From Thermoanaerobaculia bacterium (GTDB lineage Bacteria; Acidobacteriota; Thermoanaerobaculia; Multivoradales; UBA5704), in assembly GCA_044226625.1 (NCBI GenBank), contig JBGAGQ010000015.1, positions 39,215 through 103,214 of the forward strand: a DNA stretch of 64,000 nt. Reading direction: 5' to 3'. Below are positions 46,804 through 58,800 of this stretch, one piece after another. A program made the position numbers and the translations under genes. The notes beneath the pieces are model-generated. The model did no database searches. It saw nothing but the letters and a program-made list of their open reading frames with translations, and was not told the origin of the DNA. Within the stretch, counting starts at the first letter, position 1. Every line of letters begins with the position of its first letter.

Positions 46804-49800
46804 TTGTTCGAGATGCAGTTACCGGGGCTGAAGGAAGTCGAGCGGGCGGATCCCTCGACGAGAGTGCACGCGCCGCTTTCCTACGGGCAGGAGGCGCTTT
46901 GGTTCCTATCCCGCTTGGCGCCCACCTCGCGTGCTTACCACCTGTGCGGTGCCGCGCGCGTCGTCGGCCCGTTCGACCGTGAGCGCCTCCAACGTTCGTT
47001 CGAGCATCTCGCGGTTCGGCATCCTGCTCTCCACACCACGTTCGGCGAAGGTGAAGGCGGTACCCCCGAGCAGCGAGTAGGGGACGGTCCGGGTCTCGTC
47101 TTCTCCCACCGGCATGTCGACAGGGACGGCGACCTAGAGCCCCACCTCGCCGCGGAGCTCGACGCTCCGTTCGACCTCGAACGAGGGCCGCTCGTCCGCG
47201 CCGGGTTGATCACCTCCGAGGACACCGGCGAGACGATCCTCTGGCTCGCCGCGCACCATCTCGTGGCCGATTTCTGGTCCCTCGCCGTGATGCTGCGCGA
47301 CGTCGGCGCGGCCTACGCGAACGGCGGGTCTCTCCCCCCGGATCCGACGGACGAAGCGCAGCTCACCTACGCCCAATGGACCCACTGGCAGCGCGAACGG
47401 GCGGCCAGCGAGGAGGGGGAGCGTGAGCTTGCCGAATGGAAAGAGGCGCTCTCGGGCGAGCTGCCGCGGCTCGAGATTCCGACCGATCGTCCTCGCCGAG
47501 GCAAATCCACCTGGGACGGCGGGGCCGTCGATCTCGCGGTCGAAGCGGAGGCGGTCCGCGCGCTGGGCAAGGTGGCTCGCGGATCGAAGTCCAATCTCTT
47601 CTCCGCCCTCGTCGCGGCGTTTCAGTCGTTCCTGGCGCGGCTCTCGGGGCAAGACGACGTGATTGTCGGCACGCCGACAACCGGCCGTTTCGGCGCCAAA
47701 GTCGCGGATCAGGTGGGCTATTTCGTCAACCCAGTCCCGGTGCGCGCGGACCTGTCGGGCGATCCCACGTTCTCCGATCTTCTCTCTCGTCAACGCCCGA
47801 CGATCCAGAAAGCGCTCGCGCTCCAGTCGTATCCGTTTTCCCGGCTCGCTGAAGAGATCCAGCCGGAGCGCGACGCGGGCCGCTCGCCGCTCTTCGACGC
47901 GATGTTCGCCTACGAGAAGGCGCGGGGCGGAGAGGGCTTCTGGGGATTCGCGCTCGGCCTCGCGGGGACGAAAGTCGACCTGGGCGGCCTTTCGATCGAA
48001 TCGCTGCGCGTCGAGCCCACGGGCTCGCCGTTCGATCTGTCGCTCGCCGTCTCGGAGGTCGAAGGGGGTCTCGCCGGCTCCCTTCGCTACTCGAGCGAAT
48101 TGTTCGACCGCGCGACGGTCGAGCGCTGGGCCGGCTGGTGGGTCCGCCTCGTCGAAGGGGCAGCGGCGAATCCCGGGCTTCGGCTCTCCGACCTGCCGCT
48201 CCTCTCGGAGTCCGAGCGGACGGAGCTGCTGTCGCTCGGAGCCTCGGGGCCTTCGGCGGACAAAAGCCTCAGCGAGGGAAAAAAACTCCTCGACGCGGGC
48301 TTCACGGAATGGGAACAACGAAGCCCCGATGCGCTGGCCGTCGCCGACAGCCAAACCCGCTGGACCTACCGCGAGCTGGGGGAGCGCGCGAACGCCGTCG
48401 CGCACCGGCTGCGCACGCTCGGGATCGCCGAAGAATCGCGAGTCGCCGTCTGCCTCGACCGCTCCGCCGCCTTCGTGGCGTCCCTTCTCGGCGTCCTCCG
48501 TGCGGGCGCCGCCTTCGTGCCGATCGATCCTGCCTATCCGGAAGACCGTCGCGCCGCGATGGTCCGGATCTCGGGAGCCTCCGCGATCCTCACGTCGTCC
48601 GAGCTGGCCGTCTCATGGCCAGAAGGCCCAGACGTCCTCTCCTTCGATGAGCTTTTCACAACGCCCCAACCACCTCTTTCGCTTCCATCCCGGCGAGCCG
48701 ATCCGGACCAACTCGCCTACGTGATCTTCACCTCCGGCTCGACGGGCACGCCGAAGGGAGTCGCGATCTCCCACCGCGCCGCGCACCATATGACGGCCTG
48801 GTACGGCAGCCGGTTCGGCTGGACCTCCGCCGATCGCGGTCTTCAAATCGCCGGCCCCGGCTTCGACGCAACGGTGTTCGAGATCTGGCCCGCGCTCGCC
48901 GCGGGCGGGAGCCTCCGCGTTCCTCCGGAGGAAGTCCGCCTCTCTCCTGTCACCCTCCTCTCGTGGCTCGCCGCGGAGAAGGTGACGGTCGCGTTTCTCC
49001 CGACCCCCCTCGCCGAAGCGGCGTTCGCCGAGCCACCCCCGGAAGGGATCGCCTTACGCTTTTTAACCGTCGGCGGCGATCGCCTCCACCGCGGCGCCCC
49101 GGCTTCGTACGTGTCGGCCGGCGTGCGGCTGGTCAACATGTATGGCCCGGCGGAAAACTCGGTGGTGACGACGGCGGGAGAGGTTTCGGCCGACGATCCG
49201 CTACCGTCGATCGGCCGTGCAATCGACGGCGTTCGGGTCTACCTGCTGGATCGGTCGCAGGGCCTCGCACCGACGGGCGTGGTGGGAGAGCTCGCCGCGG
49301 CGGGCGCGGGTCTCGCGCGCGGGTATCTCGGCGATCCGGCGCAGACGGCGGACCGCTTCCGGCCGGACCCGTGGGGAGAGCCGGGCTCTCGGTTGTATCG
49401 CACGGGCGATCTTGCGCGCTGGCAGAGTGGCTCGGGAGAGATCGAGTTCCTCGGTCGGCTCGATCACCAGGTGAAGATCCGCGGCCAGCGGATCGAGCTG
49501 GGGGAGATCGAATCGGCGCTCGCCGCGTTGCCGAGTGTGCGCGAGTCGGCGGTGCTGGTGCACGAAGCCTCGCCCGGCGATCGGCGACTGGTGGCGTTCG
49601 TTGCGCTGGCGGAGGGACTCGGAATCGGCGAAGGGGACCTGATCGAGACCCTGCGGCGAAGGCTGTCGGACGCGATGGTGCCGCGGACCTTCGTGCGGCT
49701 GGAGCGGCTGCCGGCGAACGCGAACGGCAAGGTGGACCGAAAGGCGTTGGCGGCGCTCGCCCAGACGACGGTGTTGGAAGAGAGAGGAGAGGGGGACGTT

Positions 49801-52800
49801 GGCGTCGCACCTCGGACCGAGCTCGAGGAGCGAGTGGCGGCGATCTGGCGCGAGCTTCTTGGAAGGGAGCGGGTGGGCGTCGAGGAGGACTTCTTCTCGC
49901 TCGGTGGGCATTCGCTGCTGGTGACCCAGCTGGCGTCTCGCGTTCGGCGGGAGTTTGGGGTGGAGCTGTCGTTGCCGGAGCTGTTCGCTGGGGCGACGGT
50001 CGCGGGGATTGCGGCGCGGGTGGCTTCTGAGGGGGAAAAGCAAAAGCTCATCGAGGGGAGTGAGGTCGGGGCGATCGAGCGGGTAGCGCGCGGGTCGGAC
50101 GACGTGCCGCTGTCGTTCGCGCAGGAGCGATTGTGGTTCGTCGATCGGCTGGAGCCCGGGCGGGCGACGTACAACGTTGGGTTCCGGTTGGTGCTTGAGG
50201 GCGAGCTGTGTGAGGGGGCGTTGGAGGCGGCGCTCGCTGCGGTGGTTACCCGGCACGAACCGTTGCGCACGCGGTACGCGCAACCCGGCGATGTCGCTCG
50301 GCAGGAGATCGATCCTCCTTCGGTGAGCTTTTCGCGCTGGCCGCTCGTCGACCTCGCGGCGGTCGATGCGAGAAAAGCGGTCGAAGCGGCGCGCATCGCG
50401 CGAAGCGAGGGTCGCCGTCCGTTCGACCTCGCGCGAGGTCCGGTGCAGCGCGCCGTGCTGGTCCGCCGGGGACCAGCGCTCCACGACGCGATCTTCACGT
50501 TCCACCACATCGCGATCGACGGCTGGTCGCTGGCGGTCTTCTCGCGCGAGATCGCCGAGGTCTACTCCTCCTTCGTTGAGACGAGAGCGGCGAGACTTCC
50601 TGAGCTGCCGATCACCTACGCGGACTGGGCGATCTGGCAAAGGCGCCGCCTCTCGGGAGAGCGCTACCTTCGCGAGCTTTCCTGGTGGAGATCGCACCTC
50701 CAGGGCGCGCCCGAGGCGATCGAGCTTGCCGTCGATCGGCCGCGGCCGGCCTTGCCAAAGCGGCAAGCCGCTCAAGTTCGCCGCACGCTGCCGGCTCAAC
50801 TGGCACGATCGATCGCCGCCCGCGCAAACGCCGAAGCCTCGACTCCCTTCATGATGCTTTTCGCAGCCTGGGCAGGCCTCCTGAGCCGCCTGGGTTCGGG
50901 CCGCGATCTCGTGGTCGGCACACCGATCGCGAACCGGAACCGCGCCGAGACCGAAGGGTTGATCGGCTTCTTCGTCAACTCGCTCGCAATCCGAGTAACC
51001 GCCGATCCATCCGCGCCGCTGCGGTCGTTGCTGTACGCAGTGCGCGAGGCGTCCGTCGGAGCTTTCGCCCACCAGGACTTCCCGTTCGAAAGATTGGTAG
51101 CAGAGCTCGGCGTCGCGCGCGGTGGAAACGTCCCGCCGATCTACCAGGTCTCGTTTGCATTCCAGAACCTCCCCGCGCCGGTGATGCTGCCAGGCCTGAC
51201 GACGACGGTCGAGGAGTTAGACGGCGGCGCGGCGAAGCTCGATCTCGGGTTGGTGGTGACGCCGGTCGAAGATCGGCTGGAATCGCAGTTGGAGATCAAC
51301 CTCGATCTGTTCGATCCAGCGACCGGAGCGCGGCTGCTGGCCGCGTTCGAGCGGATGGCGCGGGAGCTGGCGGAGGCTCCGGAGAGGTCGTTGGCGGAGG
51401 CGGAGCTTCTCGGGCGGGCGGAGCGGCATCAACTGCTCTATGAGTGGAATGAGGGCGGGGGGGAGTTGCCCGCCCAGGTGGGGATCGATTGCGTGCACGA
51501 CTTCGTGCGGCGGTGGGCTCGCGAGCGGCCGGACGCGCTGGCCTTGGAGTCCGAGCACGAGCCGGGGCGGCGGTATTCGTGGGCGGAGCTGGACGCGCAT
51601 ACCGAACGTGTGGCGCGGCGGTTGGTGGGGCTGGGTGTGGGCCCGGAGACGGTCGTCGGCGTTTCGATCGAGCGGTCGGTCGATCGCGTAGTGGCGATGG
51701 TCGCGATCTGGAAGGCGGGCGGGTGTTACCTGCCGATCGATCCGGAACTGCCGGTCGAGAGACGACGGCTGCTGGTGGTGGATTCGGGGGCGGTGGCGGT
51801 CGTAGGCCGGAGTGCCTACTGGGAGGACCTGACGTCGGAGTGGGAGGGGTGGCACGGACGGGTGGCGCCGCTGCTTCTCAGGAAGGAGGATGGGCTTCCG
51901 GAGGGGGAGGACTTCGGACCGGAAGAGCGGCCTCGATCGGTGGTGGCGGAAAACCTTGCGTATCTGATCTATACCTCGGGGTCGACGGGGACTCCGAAAG
52001 GCGTAGGCGTGAGCCATCGAGATGCCGCCGGGCATTTTGCGGCGGCGAGAGATTTCTACGGGCTGGATGCGAGGGATCGAATCATCCAGTTCGCCTCGGC
52101 GAGCTTCGACGTGTCGATGGAGCAGGTGGGCGTGGCGTTGGCGAGCGGCGGGACGCTCTTGGTGCGCGGGCCGGCGATGCCGAACCCGTTGGAGCTTTCG
52201 GCTTGGATGACGCGTTGGGGAATTACGAACGCGAACCTCCCGACTGCCGTTTGGACCGAGTGGAGCCGGGCGGAGGATCCCCTGCCCGAGGGGTTGCGGG
52301 TGCTGATCACGGGCGGCGAGGCGATGACCCCCGCGGCGGCGGAGCGGTTCCGGAAACGGATGGCAATGCGGCCGAGGTCGCCCGTCGTCTACAACGGCTA
52401 TGGCCCGACGGAAACGGTGGTCACCGCCACCTGTTACGACCTCCGCTTTGGGCGCCTCTCGGAATTGGGATCGGTTTCGATCGGCCGGCTATTGCCCAAT
52501 CGAACCGGCTTCGTGGTTGACGGGGAGGACCGGCTCGGGCCTCTGGGTGGAATCGGCGAGCTGATGCTGGGTGGTCTGCTCGCGCGAGGCTATCTCGATC
52601 GGCCGGACCTGACCGCGGAGCGATTCCGTCCCAACCCTTTTGCTGACAAAGACGGCGAGAGGCTCTACCGAACCGGCGACCGCGTTCGGCAGCGGGGCGA
52701 CGGAAGCTTCGACTATCTCGGCCGCCTCGATCAGCAGATCAAGATCCGCGGCTTTCGCATCGAGCCGGGGGAGATCGAGGCGGTGCTCGAAGCGCATCCG

Positions 52801-55800
52801 CGCATCAAAGAGGCGATCGTGCTCGCGCGCGAGTCGGCGGGGACGGGTAAGCGCCTGATCGCCTGGGTCCGATGCGTCGGAGACGGCGCCAACCCTCACG
52901 CCACGTCCGACTCGCTGTCCGCCGAGCTGCGCTCGTTCCTCAAAGGTCGATTGCCCGACTACATGGTGCCGATGGCGATCGTCGAGGTCGACGAGTGGCC
53001 GCTTTCGCCATCGGGCAAGATCGATCGGCGCGCACTGCCCGATCCCGCGTTCGAAGAGACGGTCGAGAAGATCGCTCCGCGCACGCCGACGGAAGAGATC
53101 GTCGCGGGGATGTTCGGGGAGCTTCTCGGAGCCTCCGACGTGGGGGCCGAGGCCGACTTCTTCGCGCTGGGCGGCCATTCGCTGCTCGCGACGCAGTTGG
53201 CGTCCCGCATCCGAAAGGCCTTCGGGATCGAGCTTCCCCTCGCCGAGCTTTTTTCGGGCTCGACGGTCGCGCAAATCGCCGAGAGGATCGAAGCGGCTTC
53301 GGGCGCGGAGCCGGCGCCGCCGATCGTCCGTGCGGCCTCCGAACAGGAGGGAGTCCTTTCCTTCGCGGAAGAGCGCCTCTGGTTCCTCGATCGGCTGGAG
53401 CCGGGCAGCGCCACCTACAACGTCGGCTTCCGCCTGGATCTCTCCGGCTCTCTTGCGTTCGGTCCGTTCGTCGCCGCCCTTTCGGGCGTGGTATCCCGTC
53501 ACGCTCGTCTGCAGGCACGATTCGGTGAGCGGGGCGGGAAGCCTTTCGTCGCGATCGATACACCGGCGACCGTTTCGGTTCCGCGCGTCGATCTCTCGGC
53601 GATCTCCAGCGAGCGAGAAGCCGAGCGAATTGCTGTCGAGGAAGGGCGGCGTCCGTTCGATCTCGCGCGTGGAGCGCTGGTCCGCGTGACGCTGGTCCGC
53701 CGCGCGGTGGATCGTCATGACGCGCTGTTCGTCTTCCATCACATCGTGACCGACGGCTGGTCGATCGCGCTCTTTTCGCGCGAGACGGCTGAGCTGTACG
53801 GCGCGGCGATCGAGAACCGCCCCGCGCGGCTCGCTTCCGCGCCGATCGAGGTTTCGGATTGGGCGGCCTGGCAGCGGCGGTGGATGTCCGGCGAGGTGTA
53901 TGAGCGTGAGCTTCAGTGGTGGAAGACACGGCTCGAGGGTGCGCCGGAAGCGATCGACTTGCCGGTCGACCGGCCGCGGCCGACGAATCCGAGGCGCCCG
54001 GCGCGGCTGGTCCGCCGCGAGCTGCCCGCATCGCTCCAGACCGCCGTCGTCGCCCGAGCCCAGGCGGCGGGCGCGACGCCGTTCATGGTGCTGCTCGCGG
54101 CATGGGCCGGTTTGTTTTCCCGGTTGGGGGCCGGAAACGATCTGGTGATCGGCTCGGCGATCGCGAACCGCAATCGCGCGGAAACCGAGGGGCTGATCGG
54201 CTTCTTCATCAACTCGTTGCCGATGCGGATCTCGACGGAGGGGGTGGGGGATCGCGGTGCCACGCTCGGGGATCTCCTCGCGCGAACGCGCGAGATGGCG
54301 CTCGGCGCGTACGCGCATCAGGACTTTCCGTTCGATCGGTTGGTCGCGGAAATCTCGGGGACGCGAGGCGGCAACGTTCCGCCGATCTTCCGCGTCTCGC
54401 TGGTGTTCCAGAACCTGCCCGAGCCGGTGCTGCTGCCGGGGTTGCGAACGGGGATCGAACCGTTGGGCGGCGGTGTCGCGAAGCTGGACCTCGCGCTGGT
54501 GGTTTCCCCGGTGCTCGAGGCCGGACAGGAGCGGCTGGTGGCGCTCTTGGAGATCGACCTCGACCTGTTCGATCCGGCGACCGGGGCCCGTTTGCTTGCA
54601 GGGTTCGAGCGGTTGGTGCGGGAGGTGGCGGAGGCCCCGGAGAGGTCGTTGGCAGAGGCGGAGCTGTTGGGGCGGGCGGAGCGGCATCAACTGCTCTATG
54701 AATGGAATGAGGGCGAGGCGGAGTTGCCCTCCCAGGTAGGGATCGATTGCGTGCACGACTTCGTGCGGCGGTGGGCTCGCGAACGGCCGGATGCGTTGGC
54801 TTTGGAGTCGGAGCACGAGCCGGGGCGGCGGTATTCGTGGGCGGAGTTGAACGCGCAGACCGAACGTGTGGCGCGGCGGTTGGTGGGGCTGGGGGTTGGC
54901 CCGGAGAGGGTCGTCGGGGTTTCGATCGAGCGCTCGGTCGATCGCGTGCTCGCGATGGTGGCGATCTGGAAGGCGGGCGGTTGCTATCTACCGATCGATC
55001 CGGAGCTTCCGGTCGAGAGAAGACGGTTGTTGGTGGTGGATTCGGGGGCGGTGGCGGTCGTCGGCCGAAGTGCCTACTGGGAGGACCTGACGGCGGGGTG
55101 GGAGGGGTGGCACGGACGGGTGTCGCCGCTGCTTCTCAGGAAGGAGAGTGGGCTTCCGGAGGAGGAGGACTTCGGACCGAACGTGCTGCCTCGAACGGTG
55201 GTGGCGGAAAACCTCGCGTATCTGATTTATACCTCGGGGTCGACGGGAACGCCGAAGGGTGTGGGCGTGAGCCATCGGCACGCGGTGGGACACTTTGCGG
55301 CGGCCCGGGATTTCTATCGGATAGATGGGAGCGACCGGGTGGTGCAGTTCGCCTCGGCGAGCTTCGACGTTTCGATGGAGCAGGTCGGTGTGGCGTTGGC
55401 GAGTGGCGGGGCATTGGTCGTTCGTGGGCCGGAGCTGCCGAATCCGTTGGAGCTGACCGCTTGGATGACGCGCTGGGGGATCACGAACGCGAACTTGCCG
55501 ACCGCCGTCTGGACGGAGTGGAGCCGGGCGGAGGATGCCTTACCCGAGGGCCTGCGGGTGCTGGTGACCGGGGGTGAGGCGATGACCCCCGCGGCGGCGG
55601 AACGGTTCCGGAAACGGATGGCGCTACGGCCCGGAGGTCCGGTCGTCTACAACGGCTATGGTCCAACCGAAACGGTGGTGACCGCGACCTGTTACGACTT
55701 GGCGATAGGACCTTTACCGGAATCGGGCTCGGTTTCCATTGGTCGCCTCTTGCCGAGTCGCACGGGCTACGTAGTTGACGGGAATGACCAGATCGTACCT

Positions 55801-58800
55801 CTGGGTGGCATCGGTGAGCTGGTGCTTGGAGGCCTGCTCGCGCGAGGGTACCTGGATCGGCCGGACCTTACGGCCGAGCGGTTCCGCCCCAATCCGTTTC
55901 CTGAGAAAGGCGGAGAGAGGCTCTATCGAACCGGGGACCGCGTACGGCAGCGTGGCGACGGTAGCTTCGACTATCTCGGGCGGCTTGATCATCAGATCAA
56001 GATCCGCGGCTTCCGCATCGAGCCGGGCGAGATCGAAGCGGCGCTCGAAGCGCATCCGCAGATCAAAGAGGCGATCGTGCTCGCCCGCGAAGCGGCTGGG
56101 GTCGGCAAGCGGCTGATCGCCTGGGTTCGAGTCCGAGAGGGCGAATCCTCCGGCGGCCTGCGCGACTTTCTCCGCGGGCGCCTTCCCGAGTACATGGTTC
56201 CTTCCGCGTTCGTCGAGTTGGAAGAGTGGCCCCTCACTCCGACCGGAAAGGTCGATCGCCGCGCGCTTCCCGATCCGTCGTTCGAGGGGCAAGGCGCCGT
56301 GGGGACCGCTCCGCGTACCGCCACCGAACGGATCGTGGCGGGACTGTTTGCCGAGCTTCTCGGGGTCGCGGACCTCGACGTATCGGCGGACTTCTTCGCG
56401 CTCGGCGGTCATTCGTTGCTCGCGACCCAGCTCGCGTCGCGCATCCGCGAAAGGTTCGCCGTCGAGCTGCCGCTCGCCGAGCTGTTCGCCGGATCGACCG
56501 TGGTGGGGGTTTCCGATCGAATCGAGGCGCTCACGGTCGGCGAAGGTGAGGAGCTGGCGCCGATTCGGCGTTCGGCCCGGCCGGCGGAGATTCCTCTTTC
56601 CTTTGCGCAGGAGCGGCTCTGGTTCCTGGACCGATTGGAACCGGGCACGTCGACCTACAACGTCGGCTTCCGACTGCGTCTCGTGGGTCCGCTCGCGAAG
56701 GCGGGCTTGAACGCGGCGCTCACCGCGATCGTCGCGCGGCACGAGCCGCTGCGCACCCGGTACGCCGTTTCGAACGAACGACCGGTTCAGAGGATCGAGA
56801 AGCCGACGGCGTTCGCGCTCTCGGAGCTCGACCTCTCCGGTCTCGGCGATGCGGCCATCGAGGTCGAAGCGGATCGCGTTAAGGTGATCGAAGGGGGGCG
56901 TCCCTTCGATCTCGCGAAGGGGCCGGTGTTCCGGGCGGCGGCGATGCGCCGCGGCGCCGAACGTCACGACCTCCTGTTCGTCTTCCATCACATCGCGACC
57001 GACGGCTGGTCGGTCGGCGTTTTCTCGCGCGAGCTTGCGGAGCTCTACGGCGCCGCGGTCGAGGGGCGCCCGGCCCGCCTCGCGCCGCTCATGATCGACT
57101 ACGCCGACTGGGCGATCTGGCAACGCGGCTGGCTGTCCCGCGATCGATACACCGAAGAGCTCGCCTGGTGGCGGCAACGGCTCGCGGGCGCGCCCGAGGT
57201 GCTCGAGCTGCCGCTCGACCGACCGCGGCCGAGCGAGCCGACGCGACGGGCCCACATCCTGCGGCGGGACCTGCCGTCCGACCTCGCGGATGCGATCGAC
57301 GCTCGGGCTCGCGCGGCCGGTGCGACTCCGTACATGCTGCTCCTCGCCACGTGGGCGGGACTTCTTTCCCGGTTGGGCTGTGGGTGTGATCTGGTGATCG
57401 GACTACCGATCGCGAACCGGAATCGCGCGGAGACCGAAGGACTGATCGGCTTCTTCGTCAACTCGCTCGCGATGCGAATTTCGACCGACACCGCGGGGGG
57501 GCGGCGGCTGACCTTGCGCGACCTTCTCGATCGCGCGCGGATCGCGGCGTTGGGAGCGATCGCTCACCAGGATTTCCCGTTCGACCGTCTTGTGGCGGAG
57601 CTGGGAGGAGCACGCGGCCGGGGAATCCCCCCGGTCTATCAGGTCTCGCTCGCGCTTCAGAACCATCCGGAGCCGGTGCTCCTGCCGGGACTCGAATCGG
57701 ACGCCGAGGAGATTGCCGGCAATCTCGCGAAGCTCGACCTCAGCCTCGCCGTGGTGCCTCGGGAAGGAGTGGACGGTGCGCGGCTTACGGCGCTCTTGGA
57801 GGTCAACCTCGACCTGTTCGACCCGTCGACCGGCGCCCGCCTGCTCGGTGGGCTCGAGCGGATGGCGTGGGCGATGGCGGAGTCTTCGGAGACGCTGTTC
57901 GCCGAGGCGGATGTGTTGGGGCGGGCGGAGCGGCATCAACTGCTCTACGAATGGAACGAGGATGGGGGGGCACTACCCGAGAGGGTCGTTCACGACTTCG
58001 TGCGGCGGTGGGCAAGGGAAAAGCCGGATGCGCTGGCCTTGGAGTCGGAGCACGAAGCGACGAGGCGGTACACGTGGGCGGAATTGGATGCGTACACGGA
58101 CCGATTGGCACGGCATTTGGCGGGGCTGGGGGTCGGCCCGGAGAAGGTGGCCGGGGTGTCGATCGAGCGCTCCGTCGATCGCGTGGTCGCGATGGTTGCG
58201 ATCTGGAAGGCGGGCGGGTGCTATTTGCCGATCGATCCCGAGCTGCCCGTCGAGAGAAGACGGTTGCTGGTAGTCGATTCGGGGGCGGTGGCGGTGGTGG
58301 GGAGGAGTGCTTACTGGGAGGAGCTGACGGTGGGGTGGGAAGGGTGGCACGGACGGGTGGCGCCGCTTCTTCTCAGGAAGGAGGGTGGGCTTCCGGAGGG
58401 GGAGGACTTCGGACCGGAGGCGAGCCCTCGATCGGCGGTGGCCGAGAACCTCGCATATCTGATCTATACGTCCGGATCGACCGGGACTCCGAAGGGGGTC
58501 GGGATCAGCCACCGGCATGCGGTGGGGCATCTCGCGGCGGCGTCTGGGTTCTATCGAATGGACGGGAGCGACCGGGTGGTGCAGTTCGCCTCCGCGAGCT
58601 TCGACGTTTCGATGGAGCAGGTGGGCGTCGCGTTGGCGAGCGGGGGAGCGCTGGTGGTGCGGGGACCCGAGCTGCCGAATCCGTTGCAGCTCACGGACTG
58701 GATGACGAAGTGGGGGATCACGAACGCGAACCTGCCGACCGCCGTTTGGACGGAGTGGAGCCGGGCGGAGGATCCTCTACCCGAAGGGCTTCGAGTTCTC

